A DNA stretch of 64,000 nucleotides from Thalassobaculaceae bacterium (GCA_965228875.1 OZ245843.1:726616-790615), one strand, 5' to 3'; counted from the stretch's first letter, positions 1-12,354 are shown. The notes: a model not told the origin generated them from the sequence alone. Made by a program: numbers and translations.

Positions 1-133
1 GGCGTTTCTCCCTTCGATCCCACCTGGACGTTAAGGGACGTAGCTTAAAAGAAAGGTTAACGCCAAGCGGCGCTTCGTGCCTAGCCGTAGGCTGTGCTAG
101 TCTGTGAAATCCCTTCGGATCAAGGAGTTGGCC

Positions 134-1477
134 GTGGCCACCCTGTTGAAGCACCTGGCAAGCGATATCGAAAAGATTCCTGAATTTCGCCTTTATGGCC
201 GGGTGACCGCGGTTCTCGGCATGATGGTCGAGATCGGCGGGGTGGAGCGCGCGCTGTCTATCGGCGACCGATGTTTCGTCCAGGCGAGGGGCAATCGGAT
301 GGTCGCCTGCGAGGTCGTCGGCTTCCGCGACGGCCGCGCTCTCGCCATGCCCTTCGGTCCCCTCGAAGGGGTCGGCATCGGCTCCCGTGCGCAGATCTCC
401 GACGCCGAGCCGGTGATCTATCCCGACGACTCCTGGCTCGGCCGCGTGGTCGACGCCATGGGCCGGGCGATCGACGAGAACGGACCCCTGGCCGAAGGGG
501 CGGAGGCCTATCCGCTGCGCAACAACCCGCCGCCGGCTCATCGGCGCCAGCGGGTGGGCGCCAAGATCGATGTCGGTGTGCGCGCCATCAATCAGTTCAT
601 CTCGATCTGCAACGGCCAGCGCATGGGCATCTTCGCCGGATCCGGCGTCGGCAAGTCGGTCCTGATGGCGATGCTGGCGCGGTTCGCCAGTACGGACGTG
701 TTCGTGATCGGCCTGATCGGCGAGCGCGGCCGCGAGGTGCAGGAGTTCATCCAGGACTATCTCGGTGAGGAGGGCATGCGCCGCTCCGTCGTTGTCGTCG
801 CCACGTCGGACGAGAGCCCGCTCATGCGGCGCCAGGCGGCGTATCTGACGCTGTCGGTCGCCGAGTACTTCCGGGACCGTGGCAAGCAGGTGCTGTGCAT
901 GATGGACAGCGTGACCCGGTTCGCCATGGCGCAGCGCGAGATCGGTCTGGCGACCGGCGAACCGCCAGCGTCCAAAGGGTACACGCCGACCGTGTTCGCC
1001 GAGTTGCCGCGGCTGCTGGAGCGGGCGGGCCCGGGCGTGGCCGAGGGGTCGATCACCGGCCTGTTCAGCGTGCTGGTTGAGGGCGACGACCACAACGAGC
1101 CGATTTCCGACGCGGTGCGCGGCATTCTGGACGGCCACGTCGTGCTGGAACGGGCGATCGCCGACCGGGGCCGCTACCCGGCGATCAACATCCTGCGGTC
1201 GGTCTCGCGGATGATGCCGGACTGCAACACCCAGGAGCAGACGGCCCTGCTGCGCCGGGCCCGGGCGCTGATGTCGACCTACGACGACATGGCCGACATG
1301 ATCCGGCTTGGCGCCTATCGCCGCGGCAGCGATCCCCAGGTGGACGAGGCGATCCGCTACCACGATGCGCTGGAGGGGTTCCTGAACCAGGACAAGGACG
1401 ACAACGCCGATCTCGACGACGGTTACCGGCAGCTTGCGGAGATCCTCGGCTTCGATGCCGAGGCACCGGCCGCGTGA
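134..1477 (+). CDS. fliI: Flagellar export ATPase FliI
   Basis: Walker A GIFAGSGVGKS, GERGREV, DSVTRFAMAQREIG, EGDDHNEP; AAGGAG RBS before GTG at 134; followed by fliJ-like gene. Confidence 0.95.
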   Translation: MATLLKHLASDIEKIPEFRLYGRVTAVLGMMVEIGGVERALSIGDRCFVQARGNRMVACEVVGFRDGRALAMPFGPLEGVGIGSRAQISDAEPVIYPDDSWLGRVVDAMGRAIDENGPLAEGAEAYPLRNNPPPAHRRQRVGAKIDVGVRAINQFISICNGQRMGIFAGSGVGKSVLMAMLARFASTDVFVIGLIGERGREVQEFIQDYLGEEGMRRSVVVVATSDESPLMRRQAAYLTLSVAEYFRDRGKQVLCMMDSVTRFAMAQREIGLATGEPPASKGYTPTVFAELPRLLERAGPGVAEGSITGLFSVLVEGDDHNEPISDAVRGILDGHVVLERAIADRGRYPAINILRSVSRMMPDCNTQEQTALLRRARALMSTYDDMADMIRLGAYRRGSDPQVDEAIRYHDALEGFLNQDKDDNADLDDGYRQLAEILGFDAEAPAA

Positions 1478-1500
1478 TCGGCTAGCGCGGAGCTTCGCCG

Positions 1501-1923
1501 ATGCGGCCGTTCGACACGCTGATCGAGCTGTCCGAGAACCAGCTCGACGAGAAGCGCAAACATCTCGCGGGGCTGGAGGAGACGCTGGCGGCTGCGGTCG
1601 AGCACCGTGCGGCCCTGGACGAGGAACTGGCGCACGAGCAGCAGGTGACGTCCCAGGACACCGCGGTCGGCTTCGCCTACGGCGCCTACGCGAACCACCT
1701 GATCCAGCGGCGCGAACAGGCCGACGCCGCGGTCGCCGAGGCGGAAAAGGCGGTGGAGGAGGCGCGGGAAGTTGTGCGCGAGGCGTTCGCGGAACTGCGG
1801 CGCTATGAGATGGCGCACGAGGCGCGGCTGGAGAAGCTGCGCAAGGAGCAGGAGGCGAAGGCCCAGATGGAGCTGGACGAGATCGCCGGCAACCTGCTCC
1901 GGCGACGGGACGAGCGGATGTGA
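1501..1923 (+). CDS. fliJ: Flagellar export protein FliJ
   Basis: 140-aa coiled-coil protein right after fliI with C-terminal ELDE motif. Confidence 0.8.
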   Translation: MRPFDTLIELSENQLDEKRKHLAGLEETLAAAVEHRAALDEELAHEQQVTSQDTAVGFAYGAYANHLIQRREQADAAVAEAEKAVEEAREVVREAFAELRRYEMAHEARLEKLRKEQEAKAQMELDEIAGNLLRRRDERM

Positions 1924-1991
1924 TCCCGCTAAGCCATTAAGGACAGAGCATAGTCACACGAGAAGATGTTCCCATCTGAACGCGGTTGGCA

Positions 1992-2867
1992 CTATCGGGC
2001 CCGTCGCTCTCCCCAGATGTTGACCATGTTGCCGCAGAAGACCAGCGCCCCGCCGAACAGCACATAGGGGTTCCACGGCTCGGCGTAGAACATGAAGCCG
2101 ATCACGGCGATCAGCGGCAGCCGGATGAAGTCCATTGGCGCCACGACGGCGGCGTCGGCATAGCGCATGGCGTGGGCCACGCACCAGTGCGAGCACAGGC
2201 CGCCGATGCCGATGGCGACGATCCAGACATAGCTCTCGGGCGACGGGTCGACCCACATGCCGAGAGATGGGAGCAGTCCGATCGGCAACTGGATCAGGTT
2301 CATCCAGAAGATGATGGCGAACGGGGTCTCGGTCGATGCCATGTGGCGGGTGAAGACGTAGGTGGCGGCATAGCACATGGCCGCCGCCAACACCGCGAAG
2401 GCGGCGACGTCGATCATCGACGCGCCCGGCCGAACGATGATGAGGATGCCGACGAAGCCCATGGCCACCGCGATCATCCGCCAGCGGGTGAACGGCTCGC
2501 CCAGGAACAGGGCCGCCATGATCGCCGTCCAGATGGGCACGGTGAACTCGATCGAGAACACGGCGGCGAGCGGCAGGAGGCTCAGGCCGTAGACCCATCC
2601 GAACTGGCCGCCGAAATGGATGATGTTGCGGGCCAGGTGCAGGCCGATCCGCTCGGTTCTGATGTTCCTGAAGCCGCGCGCGGCGGCCAGCGCCACGAGC
2701 ACGGCGACGCAGATCATGCTGCGGAACGCCAGCGCCTGGAAAACCGACATTTCCTGGGTCAGTTCGCGACCGGCAAGCGCCATGGTGGTGAAGGAGGCAA
2801 GGGCGCCCATCATCCACAGGACGGCCTTGAGGACGTTGGTCTGCAACGGAACGGTCGGCACGGCCAC
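1992..2867 (-). CDS. DMT/EamA family transporter
   Basis: ~10 hydrophobic segments in two EamA-like repeats (FLGE..., FYAEP); GGAG before GTG at 2867. Confidence 0.9.
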   Translation of the reverse strand: MAVPTVPLQTNVLKAVLWMMGALASFTTMALAGRELTQEMSVFQALAFRSMICVAVLVALAAARGFRNIRTERIGLHLARNIIHFGGQFGWVYGLSLLPLAAVFSIEFTVPIWTAIMAALFLGEPFTRWRMIAVAMGFVGILIIVRPGASMIDVAAFAVLAAAMCYAATYVFTRHMASTETPFAIIFWMNLIQLPIGLLPSLGMWVDPSPESYVWIVAIGIGGLCSHWCVAHAMRYADAAVVAPMDFIRLPLIAVIGFMFYAEPWNPYVLFGGALVFCGNMVNIWGERRAR

Positions 2868-3063
2868 GGGGCGGCTCCATCGGTGGGGCCAGGAACAGAC
2901 ACCCGCAGGCACCGCGCGTCAAGGCGCGGCGCATATGGATGCAGTTATCGGTCAAGTCGTCTAAAATACTGCGAGAACCGCATTTATTCAGGGGCGGGAG
3001 AGCTCGGAGAGGGCGCTAGACAGGTCCGGTCCTGGAGTCGGTTTGGTTGTGGAAGGGGGCGAG

Positions 3064-4536
3064 ATGAGCCTGGCAATCCTATGCGCGTCGGTCCTGATTC
3101 AGTTCGTCGCGGCAACCGTGGCGATCTGGCAGGTGAGACTCACCGGCTACCGGCTGGCCTGGGGGTGTCTGGCGGCCGCGATGGCCATGATGGGCGTGCG
3201 CCGGTCCATCACGATCTACCGGGTGGTCGTGGAGGACAGCGCTTATGCGTTGGATCCGCTTGCCGAATCCGTTGCTCTGGTCATTTCGGTTCTCGTGCTG
3301 ATCGGCGTGATTCTCGTCGGACGGATGTTCCGCGAGGAGAGCCTATCGAGCCGCAAGGCCCTGGAGGCGGCTCTGGAGCAGGCGCAGGAAGCGAACCGGA
3401 TGAAGTCCGAGTTCTTGGCGAGCATGAGCCACGAACTGCGGACGCCGCTGAACGCGGTGATCGGTTTTTCGGAGCTCCTCGAGTCCACGATCAGCGCCAA
3501 CCCGGATCCGACGAAGATCAAGAACTATGGAAGCATCATCGGATCGTCCGGCCGAAACCTCCTGCGGCTCATCAACGACGTTCTGGATTTCGCGAAGATA
3601 GAGGCCGGGAACTTCTCCCTGTCGTCGTCGCCGTTCTCGGTGCAGGAGGAACTGGACAACGTGGAGTCCGCCTTCGAGTACAAGGCCCGAGAGAACAACG
3701 TCAGGATCGTCGGCGAGCTCCGCAATGTCGATTTCTTTGTGAACGGCGATGCGGTCCGGATGCGTCAGGTCATCGGCAACCTGATGGACAATGCGATCAA
3801 GTTCGCGCGTGGTGGAACGGTCAGGATGTCCGCTACCTGCGAACAGGTCGACGACGAGCAGGTGCGGCTCCTGGTGCGCGTCGAGGACGACGGCATCGGC
3901 GTTCCGACGGATCGTCTCGAGGAGATCTTCAAACCCTTCGCGCAGTCGGACAACTCGATTACCCGGCAGTTCGGCGGCACGGGGCTTGGCCTGCCGATAT
4001 CGCGGAACCTCGCCGTGCGCATGGGCGGTGACGTCACGGTCGAAAGCGAGGAGGGCAGGGGCAGCACCTTCACGGCAACGTTCCTGTTCAAGGACCTCAC
4101 CGCAATCCGCGACTCGCTGACTAAGCTGTCGGCGAAGAAGTCGGAGCGTCTCGACCTGAATCTCGACGTCCTTGCGGTCGACGACGTGGGCTCCAACCTC
4201 GACATCGCCGAGAGCATGCTGGCGGAATTCGGATGCCGAACGCACCGGGCGAACAACGGCGAGGAGGCGGTCGCCTGGATGCGTGCCAACACACCCGATC
4301 TGATCCTCATGGACCTGCACATGCCGGTCCTCGACGGCATCAGCGCGGCAAGAGCCATTCAGGACCTCGGCCCCGAGCAGGCGGCCATCCCGATCTACGC
4401 CTGGACCGCGGATGTCATGAGTCAGGACCTGTTGGCGGCGTCGGGCGTGCCGTGGGCAGGGACCATCGTCAAGCCGTCGACCAGCGATGCGATCTACCTT
4501 GCGGCCCGACGCGCGGCGGAGCGCCGTTCGAGCTGA
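3064..4536 (+). CDS. Hybrid sensor histidine kinase (membrane domain, HisKA, HATPase, receiver)
   Basis: H-box SHELRTPLNAVIGF, N-box NLMDNAIKF, G-boxes DDGIG and GGTGLGL, receiver LILMDLHMP. Confidence 0.93.
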   Translation: MSLAILCASVLIQFVAATVAIWQVRLTGYRLAWGCLAAAMAMMGVRRSITIYRVVVEDSAYALDPLAESVALVISVLVLIGVILVGRMFREESLSSRKALEAALEQAQEANRMKSEFLASMSHELRTPLNAVIGFSELLESTISANPDPTKIKNYGSIIGSSGRNLLRLINDVLDFAKIEAGNFSLSSSPFSVQEELDNVESAFEYKARENNVRIVGELRNVDFFVNGDAVRMRQVIGNLMDNAIKFARGGTVRMSATCEQVDDEQVRLLVRVEDDGIGVPTDRLEEIFKPFAQSDNSITRQFGGTGLGLPISRNLAVRMGGDVTVESEEGRGSTFTATFLFKDLTAIRDSLTKLSAKKSERLDLNLDVLAVDDVGSNLDIAESMLAEFGCRTHRANNGEEAVAWMRANTPDLILMDLHMPVLDGISAARAIQDLGPEQAAIPIYAWTADVMSQDLLAASGVPWAGTIVKPSTSDAIYLAARRAAERRSS

Positions 4537-4632
4537 CCTCGCCCCCGCGTCGCCGCTGGGGGGACGCGTGCGAACCCTGTTCGGCGCCGTCTGATCCGTC
4601 GCCGCACCGTGCCGATCGAGGCGGCCCATTTC

Positions 4633-4657
4633 AAAGCGGACCAATTTTGTCCGCAAT
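4633..4657. promoter_or_regulatory. Candidate Rrf2 operator 1 (AAAGCGGACC-N5-TGTCCGCAAT)
   Basis: Imperfect palindrome sharing arms with the 4690-4714 site upstream of the suf operon. Confidence 0.5.
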
Positions 4658-4689
4658 TCGGTTGACCGGTTGTGGTTCGGGATCTATCT

Positions 4690-4714
4690 AAAGCGTACCG
4701 GAAAGGTACGGTTT
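4690..4714. promoter_or_regulatory. Candidate Rrf2 operator 2 (AAAGCGTACC-N5-GGTACGGTTT)
   Basis: 10-bp arms with one mismatch, ending 3 nt before the regulator ATG. Confidence 0.6.
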
Positions 4715-4717
4715 TTG

Positions 4718-5200
4718 ATGTTGCGTCTCAATCGCATGACGGACTACGCGATCGTGATCCTGGGCCATATGGCTCAGGACGTCGGGCGGGTGCGCACGTC
4801 GGCGGCGCTGTCCGAGGCGGCCTCTGTACCTCTGCCGTCCGTGTCCAAGATCTTGAAGATCCTGGCGGGCGCGTCGATGGTGACCGCACACCGCGGGGCA
4901 AAGGGCGGCTATTCGCTCGACCGGCCGGCGGCCCAGGTGACGATGACGCAGATCATTCAGGCCCTTGAGGGGCCGATCGCGCTGACCGCCTGCGTCGATG
5001 GCGCGGCGGACAGTTGCGAGGTCGAGCACTCGTGTTTCATGCGCGGCAATTGGAATCGCGTCAATTCCGCGATACATGCCGCTCTCGATGCGGTGACCCT
5101 GGCCGACATGATGGACCCGAACGGGATGTTCCCGGTTCGCGGCGCCACGGACGAGGGACACCAGGACAAGGCTCGTCCGGCGAGCCCGAACAACGCTTGA
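4718..5200 (+). CDS. Rrf2-family SUF Fe-S assembly regulator (IscR/SufR-like)
   Basis: TDYA...RGAKGGYSL wHTH; three Cys ([12 protein letters not shown]); first gene of suf operon. Confidence 0.92.
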   Translation: MLRLNRMTDYAIVILGHMAQDVGRVRTSAALSEAASVPLPSVSKILKILAGASMVTAHRGAKGGYSLDRPAAQVTMTQIIQALEGPIALTACVDGAADSCEVEHSCFMRGNWNRVNSAIHAALDAVTLADMMDPNGMFPVRGATDEGHQDKARPASPNNA

Positions 5201-5222
5201 GCCGAGATTAGGAGATCTGAGG

Positions 5223-6680
<1,458 letters not shown>

Positions 6681-6711
6681 CGCGCCGCCAAATAAGGACG
6701 GGACAGACGCA

Positions 6712-7467
<756 letters not shown>

Positions 7468-7477
7468 GGGAACCCGA

Positions 7478-8782
7478 ATGAGCGATACATCCTCCCTGCG
7501 ATTGCTGACGGCGGCCCCGAGCGGCGACCCCGGCTGGCTCGCCGACCTGCGCCGGGCCGCGACCGACCAGGCCCGCCGCAGCGGCCTGCCCGGCGTGCGG
7601 ACCGAAGCCTGGAAGTTCACCAACCTCAATGCCCTCAAGGCTCTGGAGCCGGTGCCGGCGACCGGTGCCGCGGACATCGCCCGACCCTCGGCCTTCGCCG
7701 ATCTGGACGCGGTGGAGCTGCGGATCTCCAACGGTCGGCTGGTTCATGCCGATCCCATGCCGCAGGGCGTGGAACTGGTCGATCTCGGCGATCCGGCGTC
7801 GGCGCCGGACTGGGTGGCCGAGACGCTTGGCATGGTGAGCGACAGCGCGCGGCACCCGTTCGCCGCCATCAACACCGGCAGCTTCCAGGGCGGGGTCGCG
7901 CTGCGGATCCGCCAGGGCGCCGCCGTCGAGACTCCGATCCTGTTGCTTGTCGACACCCGGGACGGGGAGGCGACCGTCGCTGCCCATCCGCGGACGCTGG
8001 TCGTCGTCGAGGACGGCGCGCTCGCCGATCTGGTCGAGGTGCATTCCGGCGCCGGGGCCTATGTCAGCAATGCGGTCACCGAGATCGTCGTCGGCCGCGA
8101 CGCCCGGCTCGGCCACTACAAGCTTCAGGCCGACAGCCTGGAGGCGTTTCATATCGCCATGACGGCGGTGCGGTGCGCCGAGTCGAGCACCTACGACAAT
8201 TTCGCTCTGTCGACCGGATCTCGGCTGGCGCGCAACGAGGTGCGGGCGACCCTGGCCGGCCGGCATATCGAGTACCGGGTCAACGGCGGCTACCTAGCCT
8301 GCGGCGATCAGCACCTCGATACGACCACCTTCATCGACCATGCCGAGCCGGACTGCGCCAGCCACGAGTTGTACAAGGGCGTTCTCGCCGAGCGTGCGCA
8401 CGGGGTGTTCCAGGGCAAGATCCTGGTCCGTCCGGATGCGCAGAAGACGGATGGCTATCAGATGAACCGGGCGCTTCTACTGTCGGGCGAGGCGGAGATC
8501 AACTCCAAGCCGGAGCTTGAGATCTACGCCGACGACGTGAAGTGCAGCCACGGGGCCACCGTGGGCGAGCTGGAGGACGACCAGCTGTTCTACCTCATGG
8601 CCCGCGGTATCCCCGAGGAGCGGGCGCGGGCGATGCTGGTGGCGGCCTATGTCGACGAGGCGATCGACCAGATCGGCCGCGAGCCGGTTCGCGAGGCGTT
8701 CCGGGCGGCGGCGGCCGGATGGATGCACGAGCATATCATCGGTGCCGGGGCGACCGGCGCTGCGACGGAAGGAGAGCGCTGA
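7478..8782 (+). CDS. sufD: Fe-S cluster assembly protein SufD
   Basis: EAWKFT, FQGKILV..AQKTDG, KPELEIYADDVKCSHGATVG. Confidence 0.96.
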   Translation: MSDTSSLRLLTAAPSGDPGWLADLRRAATDQARRSGLPGVRTEAWKFTNLNALKALEPVPATGAADIARPSAFADLDAVELRISNGRLVHADPMPQGVELVDLGDPASAPDWVAETLGMVSDSARHPFAAINTGSFQGGVALRIRQGAAVETPILLLVDTRDGEATVAAHPRTLVVVEDGALADLVEVHSGAGAYVSNAVTEIVVGRDARLGHYKLQADSLEAFHIAMTAVRCAESSTYDNFALSTGSRLARNEVRATLAGRHIEYRVNGGYLACGDQHLDTTTFIDHAEPDCASHELYKGVLAERAHGVFQGKILVRPDAQKTDGYQMNRALLLSGEAEINSKPELEIYADDVKCSHGATVGELEDDQLFYLMARGIPEERARAMLVAAYVDEAIDQIGREPVREAFRAAAAGWMHEHIIGAGATGAATEGER

Positions 8783-8784
8783 CC

Positions 8785-10032
8785 ATGCCCGAGGGCTCCG
8801 CGACGCAAGGCCAGGTCTATGATGTCGAGCGTATCCGCGCCGACTTTCCGATCCTGTCGACCACGGTGCACGGCAAATCGCTCGTCTACCTCGACAACGG
8901 TGCCTCGGCCCAGAAGCCGCGTCAGGTGATCGGCCGCATGGCCGAGGTGTACGAGGCCGGCTACGCCAACGTGCACCGCGGTCTGCATTACCTGAGCGAG
9001 AAGGCGACCGACGACTACGAAGGGTCGCGGGAGACCGTCCGTGCCTTCCTCGGCGCCGCGTCGACCTCGGAGATCGTCTTCACCCGCAACACCACCGAGG
9101 CGATCAACCTGGTGGCGTCGAGCTGGGGCCGGGCCAACCTGAAGCCCGGAGACGAGATCATCATCACCTACATGGAGCATCACTCCAACATCGTGCCGTG
9201 GCAGATGCTGCGCGACGAGAAGGGGCTGGTGCTTAAGGCGGTGAAGCCGGGCGCGGGCGGTGCCTTCGACATGGAGGGCTTCAAGGCGCTTCTGACCGAC
9301 CGCACCAGGCTGGTCGCCGTCTGCCATGTCTCCAACGTCCTCGGTACCGTGGTGCCGGTCAAGGAGGTGACGCGGCTGGCCCACGAGGCGGGTGCCGCCG
9401 TGCTGCTCGACGGCAGCCAGGCGGTGCAGCACATCCCGGTCGACGTCAAGGACATCGACTGCGACTTCTACTGCTTTACCGGCCACAAGCTGTACGGGCC
9501 GTCGGGGATCGGCGTGCTCTACGGCAAGGAGGCGGTGCTGGATGCCATGCCGCCATACCAGGGCGGAGGCGACATGATCTCGTCCGTGACGATCGAGTCG
9601 AGCGAGTGGGCTGACCTGCCGGCCAAGTTCGAGGCGGGGACCCCCGCCATCGCGCAGGCGATCGGCCTCGGGGCGGCGATCGACTACGTCACCGGTATCG
9701 GGCTGGACCGCATCGCCGAGCACGAGCGCGACCTGCTGACCTACGCGACCCAACGTCTGGCCTCGGTCGAGGGGCTGACGATCCTCGGTACCGCCGCGGG
9801 CAAGGTGTCGCTGGCGACCTTCACGATGGATTGCGCGCATCCGCACGACATCTCCACCATCGTCGACCAGCAGGGGGTGGCGGTACGCGCCGGTCACCAC
9901 TGCGCCCAGCCGCTGATGGACTTCTACGACGTCGGTTCGACCACGCGGGCGAGCTTTGCGCTCTACAACACCCGCGAAGAGATCGACGCCCTGGTCGAGG
10001 CGCTCGATAAAGTCCGCCAGATCTTCGCCTGA
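8785..10032 (+). CDS. sufS: Cysteine desulfurase SufS
   Basis: YLDNGASAQKP, FTGHKLYGP (PLP Lys), RAGHHCAQPL. Confidence 0.97.
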   Translation: MPEGSATQGQVYDVERIRADFPILSTTVHGKSLVYLDNGASAQKPRQVIGRMAEVYEAGYANVHRGLHYLSEKATDDYEGSRETVRAFLGAASTSEIVFTRNTTEAINLVASSWGRANLKPGDEIIITYMEHHSNIVPWQMLRDEKGLVLKAVKPGAGGAFDMEGFKALLTDRTRLVAVCHVSNVLGTVVPVKEVTRLAHEAGAAVLLDGSQAVQHIPVDVKDIDCDFYCFTGHKLYGPSGIGVLYGKEAVLDAMPPYQGGGDMISSVTIESSEWADLPAKFEAGTPAIAQAIGLGAAIDYVTGIGLDRIAEHERDLLTYATQRLASVEGLTILGTAAGKVSLATFTMDCAHPHDISTIVDQQGVAVRAGHHCAQPLMDFYDVGSTTRASFALYNTREEIDALVEALDKVRQIFA

Positions 10033-10046
10033 GCGAGGCAGTCGCG

Positions 10047-10445
10047 ATGAACCACGAACTCGGCCTTCACGACTTCATGCCCGGAACGGTCGGTCCGGAC
10101 GGGATGGCCCGTGCCGGCGCGCCCCTGACCGATCCGAAGGGGCCGGCGGCCGAGGAGGCGGTGATCGAGGCGCTGAAGACCGTGCACGACCCGGAAATCC
10201 CGGTGAACCTCTACGATCTCGGGCTGATCTACGACATCGAGCGGTTCGACGACGGAACGGTGAAGATCGAGATGACGCTCACCGCCCCGGCCTGTCCGGT
10301 GGCGGGTGAAATGCCGCGGATGGTCGCCGACGCCGTGGCCGAGGCCGAGGGGGTCGGCGAGGTCGAGGTCACGTTGGTCTGGGATCCGCCGTGGACCAAG
10401 GATCGGATGAGCGAAGAGGCTCGACTGGTCCTGGACATGTTCTAG
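10047..10445 (+). CDS. sufT: DUF59 / SufT-like Fe-S maturation protein
   Basis: DPEIPVNLYDLGLIY, MTLTAPACP, WDPPW. Confidence 0.88.
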   Translation: MNHELGLHDFMPGTVGPDGMARAGAPLTDPKGPAAEEAVIEALKTVHDPEIPVNLYDLGLIYDIERFDDGTVKIEMTLTAPACPVAGEMPRMVADAVAEAEGVGEVEVTLVWDPPWTKDRMSEEARLVLDMF

Positions 10446-10473
10446 ACTATCCCCACCTCTAGGGGTGAACCGT

Positions 10474-10495
10474 CGGACCGGGAACCTCCGGTCCG
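10474..10495 (+). other. Intergenic hairpin CGGACCGG-N6-CCGGTCCG
   Basis: Perfect 8-bp inverted repeat between sufT and sufA; no U tract. Confidence 0.5.
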
Positions 10496-10525
10496 GGAAT
10501 GCGAGCGAGAAGGTAGGGATCACAG

Positions 10526-10882
10526 ATGTTCCAGCCTGGAAAGCCACCGATCACACTGACCGAGGCGGCGGCCGATCGGGTCCGTCGTCTTGTGGAGAGT
10601 GCCGGCGATGACGGTGTCATCGGTCTGCGCGTCGGCGTGAAGAACACCGGCTGCTCGGGCCTGTCCTACGTCGTCGAGTACGCCAAGGAGCGCAAGAGGC
10701 TCGAGGACGTGGTCGAGGACAAGGGCGTGAAGATCTTCATCGACCCGACCGCGGTGATGTTCATCCTCGGCTCCGAGATGGACTATTCGGAGACCAAGAT
10801 GTTCTCCGGCTTCGTGTTCAACAACCCGAACGAGACCGGTCGCTGCGGCTGCGGCGAAAGCTTCAGCGTCGCCGCCGGGTAA
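10526..10882 (+). CDS. sufA: A-type Fe-S carrier SufA/IscA
   Basis: TGCSGLSY and RCGCGESF motifs. Confidence 0.93.
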   Translation: MFQPGKPPITLTEAAADRVRRLVESAGDDGVIGLRVGVKNTGCSGLSYVVEYAKERKRLEDVVEDKGVKIFIDPTAVMFILGSEMDYSETKMFSGFVFNNPNETGRCGCGESFSVAAG

Positions 10883-10915
10883 TCGGACGGCAAAGGTCTC
10901 GCGCCACCGGTGCCG

Positions 10916-11545
10916 TCAGTCGAGGCGGTGGACGGCGAGAGCCCGTCGCATCGACGGCAGATCCCAGACCGCCCGTCGCAGGCGGGCGACGCCTGGGCAC
11001 GCCGCCTCGAACCGTTCGGGTGCCGGGTGCCAGGACGCGAGCATCGCCAGATAGATGTCGGCCGCTCCAGCGCGGTCTCCGAACAGGTACGGCGCGTCGC
11101 CGCCGAGCCCGCGCTCGACGACCGCCCATTGCCGATCCAGCGACTCGACCGCCATCGCCCTCGCGCCGTCCCGTGCGGCCGCGTCCGGCACCAGATCCTC
11201 CGTGTGATAGATCCTGAGGCAGGTGGTGTAGAGCGTCGCCGCGCCGTAGGTCACCCACTGCAGGTGCGCCGGCCGTGCCGGGTCTTCCGGCGGCGGCGCC
11301 AGGCCGGGTGCCCTGTCCGCCAGATACAGCACCATCGCTGCCGATTCGATCAGCACCGTTCCGTCCGGCAGGCGTAGCGCCGGCACCGTGCCAAGCGGAT
11401 GGACGTCCCGCAGATAGTCGGCCGACTTGTGCGCCCGGGCACGGGTGTCGACCTCGACCGTGTCATGCGGGGTGCCGGTCTCGATCAGCAGGCAGAGCGG
11501 CGCTAGGGAGCCCGAGCGGCCGCTCCAGTAGAGGGTGTGGTTCAT
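10916..11545 (-). CDS. Glutathione S-transferase family protein
   Basis: HPLGTVPAL, ESAAMVLYLAD, PYLFGD..AADIYL. Confidence 0.9.
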   Translation of the reverse strand: MNHTLYWSGRSGSLAPLCLLIETGTPHDTVEVDTRARAHKSADYLRDVHPLGTVPALRLPDGTVLIESAAMVLYLADRAPGLAPPPEDPARPAHLQWVTYGAATLYTTCLRIYHTEDLVPDAAARDGARAMAVESLDRQWAVVERGLGGDAPYLFGDRAGAADIYLAMLASWHPAPERFEAACPGVARLRRAVWDLPSMRRALAVHRLD

Positions 11546-11653
11546 GGGGCCTTCTTCGAGGTCGCGGGGGGCGATCCGGCCGGTACTCCGGGCCGCCGGG
11601 CGATGTAGAGTACCCGCTCCGGACGCCCGGCCAACCCGTTATGAGGTGAAGCG

Positions 11654-12313
11654 ATGCAGGATTGGATCGATCAGTTCCCGGGCCTGTCCCAGCTTCCCGA
11701 CGACATACGGGCGACGCTGATCGAGCGAAGCCGGGTCGTCGGCCTGCCCCAGGGGTCGGTGATCTTCGGTCCGGGAAAGGCGCCCGACAGCCTGCTGCTG
11801 CTCCTTGATGGCGTGGTGAGGGTCCAGCAGGTCGCCGAGAACGGCAGGGAGATCGTCCTGTATCGCGTGCACGCGCACGAGAGTTGCGTGCTGACCACCG
11901 CCTGCCTGCTGGCGTACGAGGAGTACAGCGCCGAGGGCGTGGCGGAGACCGAGGTGACCGCCGTGGCGATTCCGCGCGGCGTGTTCGATGAGATGATCGC
12001 GGCATCCGGCGTGTTTCGACGCTTCGTCTTCACCGCCTATTCCAGGCGTATCACCGACCTGTTCGTCGTGATCGAGGAGATCGCGTTCCGCCGTGTCGAC
12101 CTGCGGCTGGCTCAGAAGCTGCTGGATCGCCGGGATGCGGCCGGCGACGTCCGTCTCACCCATCACGAACTCGCCACGGAACTCGGCACCGCCCGCGAAG
12201 TGGTCTCGCGTCAGCTCCAGGAGTTCCAGCGGCGCGGATGGGTCACGGCGAGCCGGGGTCGGGTCCACATCGAGAAACCCGACGACCTGGACGCCTTCGC
12301 CCACGCGTCCTGA
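11654..12313 (+). CDS. Crp/Fnr family transcriptional regulator
   Basis: cNMP-like domain (ENGREIVLYRV..ESCVLT) and HTH LGTAREVVSRQL. Confidence 0.93.
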   Translation: MQDWIDQFPGLSQLPDDIRATLIERSRVVGLPQGSVIFGPGKAPDSLLLLLDGVVRVQQVAENGREIVLYRVHAHESCVLTTACLLAYEEYSAEGVAETEVTAVAIPRGVFDEMIAASGVFRRFVFTAYSRRITDLFVVIEEIAFRRVDLRLAQKLLDRRDAAGDVRLTHHELATELGTAREVVSRQLQEFQRRGWVTASRGRVHIEKPDDLDAFAHAS

Positions 12314-12339
12314 CGACGAGAGACGCTATTTCGACCCTG

Positions 12340-12354
12340 GGTGACATAGTCACC
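12340..12354. promoter_or_regulatory. Palindrome GGTGAC-ATA-GTCACC, candidate site for the adjacent Crp/Fnr regulator
   Basis: Perfect 6-bp arms upstream of the DUF2892 gene; repeated at 12673-12691. Confidence 0.65.

Noticed and set aside
104..1477. Injectisome ATPase SctN or F1 beta subunit
   Set aside because: It is followed by a fliJ-like gene and no other T3SS or atp genes are present
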